From Candidatus Obscuribacteraceae bacterium (GTDB lineage: Bacteria; Cyanobacteriota; Vampirovibrionia; Obscuribacterales; Obscuribacteraceae), in contig JBGAHS010000005.1 in assembly GCA_044226015.1 (NCBI GenBank), positions 352,001-416,000 on the forward strand: a DNA stretch of 64,000 bases. The letters run 5' to 3'. This document shows positions 39,204-50,300 of the stretch, one piece after another. A program made the position numbers and the translations under genes. A model generated the notes under the pieces. It did no database searches. It saw nothing but the letters and a program-made list of their open reading frames with translations, and was not told the DNA's origin. The number at the start of each line of letters is the position of its first letter. Positions within the stretch are counted from its first letter, which is position 1.

Positions 39204-39506
39204 CTATTCAGGTTCGCTAACCATGCGCATTACATTCAAGTCTGTCGGACCTTCGAATAGGTCTTGGGCTTGCGCACGCAGGTCAAGGAAATGGCGGGTA
39301 TTGAAATGATTGTCGAGCGCCATTTTGCTTACCCAGTTCTCATAAAACAAAAATACTGAGGGGTCTTGATCATCTACGTGTAGGTCATAGTTAATGCAGC
39401 CCTTTTCTTTCCTGGTTTCTTCAACCATGTGAAGCAGGACCTTCTTGACTTTGTCTTCCATTCCGGCTTTTGCCTTCAGCTTGGCTACAACAGTCACTTT
39501 TTGCAT
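39204..39506 (-). CDS. Antibiotic biosynthesis monooxygenase (putative quinol monooxygenase) family
   Basis: TRKEKGCINYDL...FLFYENW...H..TRH. Confidence 0.9.
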   Translation of the reverse strand: MQKVTVVAKLKAKAGMEDKVKKVLLHMVEETRKEKGCINYDLHVDDQDPSVFLFYENWVSKMALDNHFNTRHFLDLRAQAQDLFEGPTDLNVMRMVSEPE

Positions 39507-39580
39507 CTCGTTTTCCTCAATTTCAAATTCGTTCAGGCGGAATCACTATAAAATACCTGGATTAACATCTGGAGGATCAT

Positions 39581-41296
39581 ATGAAGGCAATCTCGATTGC
39601 AATTTTCATGTGCATTTTTGTGCTCGGTTCAGTCCTTCCGGCTCATGCTGACTCAGATCAGCAAACTCATGCTGACATAGTTCTTGTAAACGGTTCCATT
39701 TACACAATGGATTCTTCGAGAAGGTGGGCGCAGGCTGTGGCAATAAGCAATGGGCGAATTGCTTTTGTTGGAACTGACCAGGACGCTGTTCGATTTGCTG
39801 GTCCTCTGAGTAATGTTGTGAACTTGCATGGAAAAATGGTGCTTCCTGGCTTTATCGACTCGCATATCCATCCTATTGACGGAGAAATCGAGGAAAGCGG
39901 GCTTTGTCTGAACGACTACGAAAGCGTTGATTCGATTAAGAGAGTAATTAAAGAATACGCAAAAGAGCACCCTGACGATAAGTGGATTATTGGAGCGGGT
40001 TGGTCCTTGCCGACTTTTGGACCCGCCGGCCCTGGCAAGATGTTGCTTGATGAACTGGTTCCTGATCGTCCTGCCTTTATCCGCTCGCAGGATGGGCACT
40101 CAGCCTGGGCTAATTCCAGAGCCCTGGAAATGTCTGGCGTTAAAGAACTCACGCCAGACCCTAAGGGGGGACGAATAGAAAGACTTGCTGATGGTAAAGA
40201 GCCCTCGGGCTGTTTGCGTGAGTCTGCTTGCGAGTTGATTTCTGTGCTTACACCAAAGCCAAGCGCAGATGAATATCGAGAAGCGGCTTTGAAAGTTCAA
40301 AAGCGCCTCAATGCATTTGGTATTACTGGTGTGCAAGATGCCTGTGCGAGTGAGGACGAGCTCAAGGCATACGCCAGTCTAGATGATTCCAATCTGCTTT
40401 CCATGCGTGTGAGCGCTGCGATGATGTTGCGCGCTGATAAGGGCGAAGAGCAAATCAAGGCATTCAAGGACTTTCGTGACAAATATGATGGAAACGGGCT
40501 GACGGTGAGAGCCGTAAAGATTTTTGCCGATGGTGTCATCGAGTCGAAGACTGCTGCCATGCTGGAACCATATTTGGGTGGTGATGGAAAAGAATTGGGA
40601 ATTCTTGAGTTCGCCCCTAATTTGTTCAAATGGTACGCATGTAAGCTTGATGACGCGGGCTTTCAGATTCACGTTCATGCAATTGGTGATAGAGCTGTGC
40701 GCACCGCCCTTGATGCCATCGAAATTGCACAACGTCTGAATGGACGTTCTGACAAACGCCACCACATAGCCCATCTTGAACTAATTGATGCTAAGGACAT
40801 TAATAGATTTCGAGATGCTAATATAACGGCCAATTTTCAATCATTTTGGGCTTTTAGAGATGATTACATTAGCAAGTTGACTGAGCCCATTCTGGGACCT
40901 GAACGCTGCAAGCACCTCTATCCGATTAACAGTCTCTTGAAGTCTGGCGCCACTGTGGTCGGTGGCAGCGATTGGAATGTGACGACTGCAAATCCACTAG
41001 ATGCTATTCAGGTTGCTGTAACTCGTTGTGGACTAAATGAAACTGCAGATAAAGTATTTTTGCCGGAAGAAAGAGCTTCTCTGCCTGAAATACTCGCGGC
41101 TTACACAATCAACGGTGCCTGGCTTGGACATTGGGAAAGAGAAACAGGCTCTATAGAAGCCGGTAAAAGTGCCGATTTGATCATTCTCGACAAAAACTTG
41201 TTTTCTATAGATCCAAAAGAGATACACAATACGAAAGTGCTATGGACTCTTTTCAAAGGAAGAGTTGTACATCGTGATCCCAACTTCGAGATGTAG
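39581..41296 (+). CDS. Exported amidohydrolase (YtcJ-like)
   Basis: PGFIDSHIH, KIFADG, VHAIGDRA, HIAH, GSDW, GSIEAGKSADL. Confidence 0.92.
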   Translation: MKAISIAIFMCIFVLGSVLPAHADSDQQTHADIVLVNGSIYTMDSSRRWAQAVAISNGRIAFVGTDQDAVRFAGPLSNVVNLHGKMVLPGFIDSHIHPIDGEIEESGLCLNDYESVDSIKRVIKEYAKEHPDDKWIIGAGWSLPTFGPAGPGKMLLDELVPDRPAFIRSQDGHSAWANSRALEMSGVKELTPDPKGGRIERLADGKEPSGCLRESACELISVLTPKPSADEYREAALKVQKRLNAFGITGVQDACASEDELKAYASLDDSNLLSMRVSAAMMLRADKGEEQIKAFKDFRDKYDGNGLTVRAVKIFADGVIESKTAAMLEPYLGGDGKELGILEFAPNLFKWYACKLDDAGFQIHVHAIGDRAVRTALDAIEIAQRLNGRSDKRHHIAHLELIDAKDINRFRDANITANFQSFWAFRDDYISKLTEPILGPERCKHLYPINSLLKSGATVVGGSDWNVTTANPLDAIQVAVTRCGLNETADKVFLPEERASLPEILAAYTINGAWLGHWERETGSIEAGKSADLIILDKNLFSIDPKEIHNTKVLWTLFKGRVVHRDPNFEM

Positions 41297-41522
41297 ATTG
41301 TTTGTCGTCGGGTGATAGAAGTACTTGTAACTTTTCCCGGAGTTCTTCAAAGACATTCATTTCGTTGGCTAGCTAACATTTCTTTTGGAACATACTTTGC
41401 AGTGTGGCGTCTGCTTTGTGGGACGGGCTTGTCTTCCACTAGCTTGTTCAATGTATACGTAAGTGAATTCGTTTGAATTCGCGCGTTTTATGCTGGTCAA
41501 TTTTATAAAAGAGGAATTTTCT

Positions 41523-42083
41523 ATGAATAATAGAACTCGTTTTGCCGCTCATAATTTTTCGAGAATGAGCAAGCTTTTTCTGGCGCTTGCGTTTATTTCA
41601 AATCTAGCTTCTGCCGACGCCCTAGCTGCAGATTCACCCAAGGCGCCTGCTCAGTCTGTCTCGGTTAAAATGGGCTATTTCAATCTGTTTCAAGTAAAGG
41701 CAGCTTATCCCGAGTCAGCTGCTAGCACTGCTCTGGAAGAAAAGGCTAAGGAGATGCTTCGCCGTGCAGTAGAAGATGCGAATAAGCAGTTAGAAGAAAT
41801 GCAAAAAGCAAATAAGCCAAAAGAGGAGATCGAAAAGAAAAAAAACGATCTCCAAATAGAAATTTCAGCCAAGCAACAAGCACTTGCTCAGCTGCTTTCA
41901 GCTAATGCGTCTGAAGCAAATAGAGCCATTGCTGGTGCAGTTGGCACTGTGGCAAAAGAGAAAGGGCTTGACCTTGTAATTGATGGAGCTGGAATTTTTG
42001 CTGGTGGCGAAAAATTCATCAGTAGTGGAGAAGATGTTACTGACGCGATAATCAAAAAGTTGAATCCTGCTCTCATTCACTAG
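41523..42083 (+). CDS. OmpH/Skp-like periplasmic chaperone
   Basis: KMGYFN, coiled coil, VAKEKGLDLVID...DVTDAIIKKLN. Confidence 0.85.
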   Translation: MNNRTRFAAHNFSRMSKLFLALAFISNLASADALAADSPKAPAQSVSVKMGYFNLFQVKAAYPESAASTALEEKAKEMLRRAVEDANKQLEEMQKANKPKEEIEKKKNDLQIEISAKQQALAQLLSANASEANRAIAGAVGTVAKEKGLDLVIDGAGIFAGGEKFISSGEDVTDAIIKKLNPALIH

Positions 42084-42114
42084 TTGAATTGAACAGTTAC
42101 GGCGTAGCAAGTGA

Positions 42115-42888
42115 CTAATGGTCTGACGATATAGATGCGTAAAGATCTATCATTGGCTGCTGGTTTGTTTTAAGAAAACCCTCTGCTGGTCTGTCCAGAT
42201 CTGCAACCAGCAACAACACAATACTGAAAGTAGAGAGCAAAATTATGCTCTCTGTACGGTTCTTGCTTCCAGCCAAACCGCAATAAAAACCAACGCCCAT
42301 CATTGAGAAGAGTGACACTGCGAAAAGACTCAGCCATACCACTGTGGGAACGCGCGTGTGCAAAACAAGGGTTACCCGCTTTGAATGCAAGTCGATCATT
42401 TCATTTAAAGTAGTGACGAATGAGGCACTAATTGGTGTTGGTTTCTCATGCGCAACGCGTGTTGCAATCTGCCAGAGCTGCTCTTGCATACTGGCAGATT
42501 CCTTCATGATTGAATCGTGGTCATCTTGACCAAGACCACCAAGGCGCTTTTTGACGTACTCACGTAGTATTCGCTTTGTCTCATCTCTGTCTTGCTGGTC
42601 GAGAAAATCCGCTCGCAAGTAAGTCGTACCGATTGCGTTCGCTTCGTCGAGAACTGCGGCTCGACGTTCGTCAAATCTGTTAATGGCAACATTGAAGGTG
42701 AATGCCATCATGAAAGCTAGCAAGCCAAGTATGGCTCCAACCATTGCACCGATTGGTGCCTCTGGCTCATCGGGATCATTGACGCGTTTCCTTTGTCCTA
42801 TGATCCTTCCGCATTCAAGGAAAACTGCCGACATAACGATGGCAATTATCAAAAAAAGCCAGAGCGGTATACCATCAATCATTTGCAT
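42115..42888 (-). CDS. DUF4239-like membrane protein
   Basis: LGLLAFMMAFTF...RFDERR...EANAIGTTYLRA, DLDRP. Confidence 0.8.
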   Translation of the reverse strand: MQMIDGIPLWLFLIIAIVMSAVFLECGRIIGQRKRVNDPDEPEAPIGAMVGAILGLLAFMMAFTFNVAINRFDERRAAVLDEANAIGTTYLRADFLDQQDRDETKRILREYVKKRLGGLGQDDHDSIMKESASMQEQLWQIATRVAHEKPTPISASFVTTLNEMIDLHSKRVTLVLHTRVPTVVWLSLFAVSLFSMMGVGFYCGLAGSKNRTESIILLSTFSIVLLLVADLDRPAEGFLKTNQQPMIDLYASISSDH

Positions 42889-42906
42889 GTTTTTCTAATA
42901 TGGAAA

Positions 42907-43368
42907 CTAAGGAACTGTGCCAAGCGCTAAGTTTAGTGCATCCGAATGTCTACCGGCAACCTTTATAACTTCAACACTGCAGGGTGCAATATTAACAACA
43001 TTAGCTGCGACGCTTCCTACATGCGCTGCCCGCACTCCTGTGTCTCCATGCGAACCTATAATCAGCAAGTCTGCCTGCCATTCAGCAGCAGATTCGACTA
43101 TTTTCTCGGCTGGTTTGCCTTCCATGCATTCATGGCGGATTTTGCAATGCGGCAAGTGTTCCTGCAATCGTTTTGCATGAGTTTCAAGTATGATCTGGCA
43201 TTGATGCATATATTGGGATGCCGCCTCCCAGATACGATCTTCTTCGAGCACGGTGATCAATAGAATTTGGGTGTCTTTTGACCAGTTTCTCTTTTGAACC
43301 TGCTCAATGACTTCGCTAGCATATTTTGATGCGTCAATCGCAACAAGTAGTTTGAATGTCTTTTCCAT
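42907..43368 (-). CDS. Universal stress protein
   Basis: LLVAIDAS, ADLLIIGSHG...GSVA..VV..APCSV. Confidence 0.92.
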   Translation of the reverse strand: MEKTFKLLVAIDASKYASEVIEQVQKRNWSKDTQILLITVLEEDRIWEAASQYMHQCQIILETHAKRLQEHLPHCKIRHECMEGKPAEKIVESAAEWQADLLIIGSHGDTGVRAAHVGSVAANVVNIAPCSVEVIKVAGRHSDALNLALGTVP

Positions 43369-43426
43369 GGCAGTTTTCTCGGTTAAACATCATTAGAATA
43401 GACGATTAACACTAAATCTACCTCGA

Positions 43427-43447
43427 CCTTTCGGCCTAACCGAAAGG
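43427..43447 (-). terminator. Intergenic hairpin, possible terminator
   Basis: CCTTTCGG-CCTAA-CCGAAAGG; no clear U-tract. Confidence 0.4.
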
Positions 43448-43495
43448 CGTATTCATCAGCATTCTCAAATGCACAAGCGATTGCTGTGCTAAAAC

Positions 43496-44581
43496 CTACC
43501 TCAACGGAGAAACAGTGCCAGAGTCGCTCTGAGCGATGACTTTTTCACCCTCGACCGCCATGCTGAGTTCTAGTAGCATGCGTTTCATTTTTAGAACCTC
43601 AGCGTGCAATTGTCTCAGCATCACAATTCTTGCTGTTAGTGTGCTTATGTTGAGCCCCTTTTTCTTTGAAGCGCTGGCTGTGAGAATGTCTAGCTGTGCC
43701 TTAGATTCCCTATCGGTGAAGGCTGGCATGTTAGCATCAGCAACCCATCGATCAATTAGTTGATTTAGCCGAGTCTTCGCTTTGGGAGCGTCTGCTGGAG
43801 TTTGATGTAAGTACTGCCAGACGGAATTTGGGTAGTCTATTTCGGAGTTGATGGGATAGTTGAAGAGTTTTGCAAGCATATTTGGCTCAACTTCCGATGT
43901 CTTCTTTTTCCCGTTAACGGCTTTAAGCGTGTACATTGAGGCTATCGAGGGGACGATACCAGCTGCGATGCCAACAATTCCGGCAGGAATCGGCCATTGC
44001 ACCACATTTCTGGGGTTTTTCGAGAACGTAGTATTAATGCTTGGAATTGACATGCCTTCGCATGCAGCCCACAAAATTCCGTTACTGATGAAGCTGGCTG
44101 CATTCACTCTGGCAACCAATTTATCTCGGTCTGAAGTGAAAGTAGCAAGAATTTCCTCGTAAACCTGATCTTCAGCTTCGATTTCTGCAATAGTGAAGTC
44201 GATTTCTAGATTTGTTCGTTGTATGAGGTTGTTTGCTCGTTGAGTTGCTTCAATCAAGTCTTGTCGTTTATTGAGATAGTCGGGAGAAATATTTGATGAT
44301 CCTGCTTGTGTCTCAGCTCGAAGCTGCTGCACCGTGTTGATTATTGGGATCAAGCCTATTGTTTCTCCTAGTTGCATGCCGTTGGGTGAAATGTCTCTAG
44401 AATTGAGAACGACTCCACTTTTGAGTATTTGCGTTGGAAAATCCATGCTGTTGGCTGACTTTTCTTCATTCTCTTGCGTCTTGGCTTTAGTTGCTGCGTA
44501 GGAGGCAGTTTGGGTCACTATTATCAATACTTGCAAAATGGCTAATGAAGCGCAAAATATTGGTCTGCGCGAACTTCTCAT
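43496..44581 (-). CDS. Secreted/membrane hypothetical protein
   Basis: AGGAG SD; signal peptide; coiled coil and internal hydrophobic hairpin. Confidence 0.72.
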   Translation of the reverse strand: MRSSRRPIFCASLAILQVLIIVTQTASYAATKAKTQENEEKSANSMDFPTQILKSGVVLNSRDISPNGMQLGETIGLIPIINTVQQLRAETQAGSSNISPDYLNKRQDLIEATQRANNLIQRTNLEIDFTIAEIEAEDQVYEEILATFTSDRDKLVARVNAASFISNGILWAACEGMSIPSINTTFSKNPRNVVQWPIPAGIVGIAAGIVPSIASMYTLKAVNGKKKTSEVEPNMLAKLFNYPINSEIDYPNSVWQYLHQTPADAPKAKTRLNQLIDRWVADANMPAFTDRESKAQLDILTASASKKKGLNISTLTARIVMLRQLHAEVLKMKRMLLELSMAVEGEKVIAQSDSGTVSPLR

Positions 44582-44794
44582 TTTGGCTCTCCTGGTAAAT
44601 TTGTTGCGCTGTAAATATCCTCGAAAAGGGCGTTTCTTATCTATAAAAAAACGGCTTAGCTGCATCAAGAAAGCGTAAATGCTCGAATGTTCAGGCAGGA
44701 ACTGATTCTTGCCGCCTATCCAGAGCCAGGAACGGCTAGAGCTTCTCAAGGTTCAACTGTGCTAAAATCAGCACTTTCGCTCGGGGAAGTAATT

Positions 44795-46936
44795 ATGCGT
44801 TTACATCTCAAACTCCTGTTGAGCTGCACATTGATGCTCAGCGGTAGTTTCTTAGTTCTTGAAAATTCAGTTTCGGCAGCTGTGGCGCTTGAAAAATCGC
44901 AAGAAGTGGCTAAAGGTGACAGCGTGAAAGATCCTTACATCTGGCTGGAAGAAGTATCAGGGCAGAAGGCTCTAGATTGGGTTGAGAAAGAAAACGTAAA
45001 GAGTAAGGCGGCTTTAGAGAGTTTGCCAAATTTCAAATCTACTGAAGAGCGCTTGCTACAAATTCTCAATTCGAAGGATCAGATTCCTTTCGTAGGCAAG
45101 TATGGCGAGCATTACTACAATTTCTGGCGCGATGATAAGAATGTTCGAGGCGTCTGGCGCCGAACAACTATGGATGAATTCAAAAAAGCCAGTCCAAATT
45201 GGGAAACGGTAATTGACCTGGACAAGCTGTCTGAAGCTGAAAAAGAAAATTGGGTCTGGCACGGTCCCACTGTTCTAAAACCAGACAACGACCTTTGTTT
45301 GATAAGTCTCTCTCGTGGAGGTACCGATGCCAGTGTAGTTAGAGAGTTCAATCTCAAGACTAAGAGTTTTGTTGAGGACGGATTTAAGCTGCCCGAAGCA
45401 AAAAGCAGCGTGTCCTGGCGTAATCGCGATACCCTTTACGTGGGCACCGACTTCGGGAAAGGGTCGCTGACAAGTTCAGGATATCCTCGCACGGTGCGCG
45501 AGTGGAAGCGAGGCACACCTTTGAGCGACTCAAAGCAGATCTTCGAAGGAAAAGACACTGACGTCAGTGTCGGCGCATATGTGGATCATGACCATGGTGA
45601 AGTCTACGATTTCATCACCCGCGGTACCACATTTTTCACCAATGAGGCGTATGTCCGACAGGGCGACAGCTGGGTAAAAATTGAAAAACCAGAAGATGCC
45701 GATGTTGGAACGTATGGAAAGAATATTCTGATTACTCTTCGTACTGATTGGAGTACTGGTGGGAAAAACTATAAAGCTGGTTCTTTGTTACTAGAATCTT
45801 TTGACGCCTACATGAAAGGCGAGCGAAAATTTGAGGTGCTTTTTGAGCCAAGCGAACGGCGCTCTCTCGAGGCTACGGGAAGCACTAAGAATTACCTGGT
45901 CTTGACTGAACTAGAGAATGTTCTCTGTCGCCCGTATTTGTTGAAAAATGAAAACGGCAAATGGGTCAAGACAAAAATTGATGCTCCGGAGTTCGCTACT
46001 GTTGGAATTTCTGGAGTAGATCATGAAGAAACTGATGATTACTTTATGACAGTGGAAGATTTCTTGACTCCATCTTCACTTTATCTTGGTACTGCTGGTA
46101 GTGACAAGAGAGAATTGCTCAAGCACCTGCCCGCATTTTTCAATGCAGATAACATTGAAATAAAACAGTACGAGTCTAGCTCAAAAGATGGAACAAGAAT
46201 TCCTTACTTTCAAGTGAGCAAGAAGGGCATTAAACTTGATGGAATGAACCCCACCCTGCTCTATGGCTATGGTGGCTTTGAAGCATCAATGTTGCCCAGT
46301 TATGACCCGCAGATTGGGGCCGCATGGCTAGAGCGTGGCGGCGTTTATGTTCTTGCGAACATTCGTGGCGGTGCCGAGTTCGGGCCGAAGTGGCACAATG
46401 CAGGACGCAAGGAAAATCGGCAGCGAATATACGACGATTTTATTTCTGTGGCTGAAAACCTAATAGAACGTAAGGTCACCTCGCAGAAGCACTTAGGCAT
46501 TCAAGGGCGATCTAATGGTGGTTTGCTCATGGGCGTAATGTTGACCCAGCGCCCTGACCTCTTCGGTGCTGTTCATTGCGGCTCGCCCCTGTTAGATATG
46601 CAGAGGTACAACCACCTTCTTGCTGGGGCTAGCTGGATGGATGAGTATGGCGACCCTGACAAACCAGAAGAGTGGTCTTACATTTCCAAATATTCGCCCT
46701 ATCACAACATCAAGAAGGAACAGAAGTATCCACCTATTCTGATAACGACTTCTACAAAAGATGATAGAGTGCACCCTGGACATGCCAGGAAAATGGTGGC
46801 GCGTCTTGAGGAAATGGGACATCCCGTTTTGTATTATGAAAATACAGAAGGTGGGCATGGTGCCGCTGCTAACAAAAAGCAAAGTGCTTACATGAAGACC
46901 CTTGCCTTTGAATTTTTGTGGGATAAGCTCAAGTAG
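44795..46936 (+). CDS. Prolyl oligopeptidase (S9A)
   Basis: DPYIWLEE, YGYGGF, NIRGG.EFG..WH, GRSNGG, DDRVHP, GGH. Confidence 0.95.
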   Translation: MRLHLKLLLSCTLMLSGSFLVLENSVSAAVALEKSQEVAKGDSVKDPYIWLEEVSGQKALDWVEKENVKSKAALESLPNFKSTEERLLQILNSKDQIPFVGKYGEHYYNFWRDDKNVRGVWRRTTMDEFKKASPNWETVIDLDKLSEAEKENWVWHGPTVLKPDNDLCLISLSRGGTDASVVREFNLKTKSFVEDGFKLPEAKSSVSWRNRDTLYVGTDFGKGSLTSSGYPRTVREWKRGTPLSDSKQIFEGKDTDVSVGAYVDHDHGEVYDFITRGTTFFTNEAYVRQGDSWVKIEKPEDADVGTYGKNILITLRTDWSTGGKNYKAGSLLLESFDAYMKGERKFEVLFEPSERRSLEATGSTKNYLVLTELENVLCRPYLLKNENGKWVKTKIDAPEFATVGISGVDHEETDDYFMTVEDFLTPSSLYLGTAGSDKRELLKHLPAFFNADNIEIKQYESSSKDGTRIPYFQVSKKGIKLDGMNPTLLYGYGGFEASMLPSYDPQIGAAWLERGGVYVLANIRGGAEFGPKWHNAGRKENRQRIYDDFISVAENLIERKVTSQKHLGIQGRSNGGLLMGVMLTQRPDLFGAVHCGSPLLDMQRYNHLLAGASWMDEYGDPDKPEEWSYISKYSPYHNIKKEQKYPPILITTSTKDDRVHPGHARKMVARLEEMGHPVLYYENTEGGHGAAANKKQSAYMKTLAFEFLWDKLK

Positions 46937-47041
46937 CGACTTTTCTTTGAATTGTCAGCCAGGACGATAGGTTAGGAGCGAGATTCCATGCGCATGAAGG
47001 TTCACAGGAACCTTTAAGTGCTACTGGGAAAAAATCTCAGT

Positions 47042-47341
47042 TTAATTGCCGGCGGCTTGCTGAATCAGGCTGAGACCAGATGATGGTTCAGCAACAAGCT
47101 GTAATTTCTGTTTTCGAGGCAGTTGCTTGATCCTATATTCCATGCGCATGGCGTCGCGTTTGTTATCAAATTCCCAACTGGCGGCCAGCTCAACGGGCAA
47201 TCTCGTTCGAGTATACTTAGCGCCGGCTCCGGAATTGTGTGTTTGCACTCTTTCATCCAGTTCGCGAGTCCACCCGGTGTACAAACTGCCGTCAGCACAA
47301 TTCAAAATGTATGTGTAAAATGAGCGTGTTTTCGGTTCCAT
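47042..47341 (-). CDS. GIY-YIG nuclease (UPF0213 type)
   Basis: [19 protein letters not shown]...HN.G.GAKYTR.R.P...E..IK. Confidence 0.92.
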   Translation of the reverse strand: MEPKTRSFYTYILNCADGSLYTGWTRELDERVQTHNSGAGAKYTRTRLPVELAASWEFDNKRDAMRMEYRIKQLPRKQKLQLVAEPSSGLSLIQQAAGN

Positions 47342-47377
47342 TTACTAAATAAGTTCTCTTCACTCGCTCTTTAATTA

Positions 47378-50300
47378 TTAGCACGACTTTGCCGTTGTGC
47401 AAGCAAGAATTTCTTCGGGGCTTATTTTGCCGTCAAACATGAACCGGCAATATAAATTGAGTAATGCTGCTTGTTCGACAGTACTGCATGCAAACTGGCT
47501 CAGGGCTGGGCTTCCGACTACAATGGCAAGTAGTTGAGCTCGCGAAATAGCAACATTGAGTCTTTTCTTGCTAAGTAGGAACTCGGCACCACGGGTGGAG
47601 CTTGCCAGATCGCTTGCTGACATGCTCACAATAACAATCGGTGCTTCGCTACCTTGAAACTTATCAACAGAACCAACTCTCGCCTTTGGCAGTTTAGACT
47701 GGAGGAGCCTGACCTGCTGATTGTAGGGCGCTACGATTAGAATATCGTTCCAGTTCAATGGGCGAGTTTTTTCTCCTAGTCTGATATTTAGCTCTAAGAG
47801 GTTCAGTGTCAGGCTCTCGATGACTTTAGCTTCTTCGATGCTATGTTGTGAGTTTCCTTCATGCTCCACTGGCAGATAAATCAGTCCACTTAACTTCGGC
47901 AAATCTTCTGCTTGACCCGATGCAGGAATGAGTTGTCTGGAAGCCGTGACCTCATCTGCTCGTAGCCTGCCGTCGTAAACAGCAGTTGACACCAGCTCAC
48001 AGAGGTCTGGGTGCATTCTTCTCGATGTCGATAGAAAGACTCCTTGATTGGGATTTATAGTTGATTTGTCACCAAGCAAATACTCCAATGACGAAAGTCC
48101 ACTTTCTCCTGGATGCGATCCCTTCACTGGTTGTTCGAGTTGAAGTTGGTCACCAATCAAAACTATGTTTTTTGTGGCTGGCGCTATGGCAACTATGTTG
48201 GCAAGGCAGACTTGCCCAGCCTCATCTACGAAAATGTAATCGAATTGATTTTTAACATCGTGCCGAGCGAAGAACCAGGCAGTAGCACCAATAAGATCAA
48301 GTTTCGGTAGTTCTTTTAGAATCTTGTTTTCAGTCTTTATTAGCGCAATGTTGTTGTTGCTAAATTCGGGTAAAGTGCCCGAATTGTCTGTTTTGAATTT
48401 TGCGGCACGAAAATCAAACTCAGTTTCCTTTGCAGCTTTACCTACAGCCTCTAGAACATTTTCAATTGCTTTATGGGAATTTGAGCAAATCCCGATCTTC
48501 TTTCCCTTCTTTATCAGCTCTACTATTAAACGGGCAGAGCGGTAGGTCTTTCCAGTTCCCGGTGGACCCTGAATGCAGAGATAGGTGTTATCCATTGCCT
48601 CTATCGTCGGGAAAAGCTTATTCTCGTTTTCGACAACAGGAGTGCCCGGAGTAATGCCTTTTATAGAAGGATAGCGACGAAACAACAGGTGTTCTATACA
48701 GGACTTTAGCCCTTTTCCCTCATAAAAACTTTCTGCCTGATTGGCGATGGAGTCTTCTAGTACTTCATTGTTCATCGTCTCTTTGAGAATCAGATGACCC
48801 TCTTCCGGCAAATGAGCCTTTGTTTCTCCACGCTTCAATACTATCGAGCCGGCGCTTTCATCTAATTCAAATATTTCCGCTTGCTCTCTAGTGTCTGAAG
48901 TAAATACAACAGTGTCACCAGGCTTTAATTTGAGGTCCTGGTTTTGATCGAACGAGTATTCAAAGAGTAGTGACTTCTTGTGAGGAACTGGCGGCTTTGG
49001 GCTGAGTTGAACAAATGCGACGCATTCAGGGTCAGCAAAAAGCTCGTCGTCGCTCATCTCTGCGCGATCATAAAGTTCCCACCAGCCTACTTTTCTTTCG
49101 CGGTTATGAAAGCCGGTCAGGTCAGCCATCAATTCCATTACTCGCCAGTGTTCAGGGGCGGCACTTCTGTCTTCAGGTATGGCTTCTTTTATTTTTGTCG
49201 AAAGAATCTCGTTGCGGGTGGGTGCCTTCTTTGTTGCTGCACCAGATTTAGTGCCAAGCTTGGAATACCTAATACTGTATTTGAGTTGCTGTTTGAGTAG
49301 CCAGTCGTAAAGTTGAGCTGTAGATTCACAATCAATTTGATTGTAATCCCTAATGTCTTTTAGAATGCTTGAGTCTTCAGGGGTGTTGCCGTCTGGTGAT
49401 TCAAGCCAGCGCTCATAGTAAACGATTGAGTCCGTTGCTTTCGCCACTTCCCCCTTTCGTTTCTGCATGTACAGCTGCTCTACTTTCTTGATAGAGTAGG
49501 ACTCACACCCGATGCGAACTCCGTTTCTAACTATTGAATAAAGGTCTACAAATTTCTCTGCGCGAAGCATCTCATCGAGTTCACTTTCTCTGCTTGCGTG
49601 TCTGCTTGCGAGTCTGCGAAGTGCGGATATTTCGTATGCCCCATAATGGAATATGTGCATATCATCATCCTGTTGCCAGCGCGCATGGGACCAGTCGATA
49701 AAATTCTCGAAAGCCCTTTTTTCTTCCTGCCGATCGTGTGCCCACCAGTCATGAAATAGGTACTTGTCTGACTCTATTGTTGTGGCTCCAAACAGATACT
49801 CGAGTCCGCCTTCCACAAGAGGAAAGCCTTCCATGTCGAAGAAAATATCTAGTTTAGAACGTCGTGGCAGAGCGTAGAGTCCTTTAGGATCGGGGATGTC
49901 GCCGAGTTCTATGGGGGAGTCCAGGTTTGAAAGTGCACCATTTTCAGTCAGAACCGAACCTGTGCGCAAAATCACTTCGAATAAAGGGCGCTCTAAGTCT
50001 TTCGAGCAAAGTTGAAGCCAAGCTTGCTCACTCAGCGTTTCGAGAGTGTTGTGCGCCATTCCTGGTACATCAGATTCTTCTTCTATTCTCGCAAGTTCGG
50101 ATAGAGTATTAATTCCAGCTTCCTTCAATTTTCGAATCTGTGATTTGCGAATATTAGCTACTCTAATTAAGTCGTCTCGCTCTTCCAAGATTTTCTCTGC
50201 ATGCGACTTCCACCGGCTGTTGTCGCCTACTTGCACCCAATCTGGTTGGCGACTGGCGTCAAATTGATTTTGAAACTTGAGGAAGCGCTCTTTTAAAGAT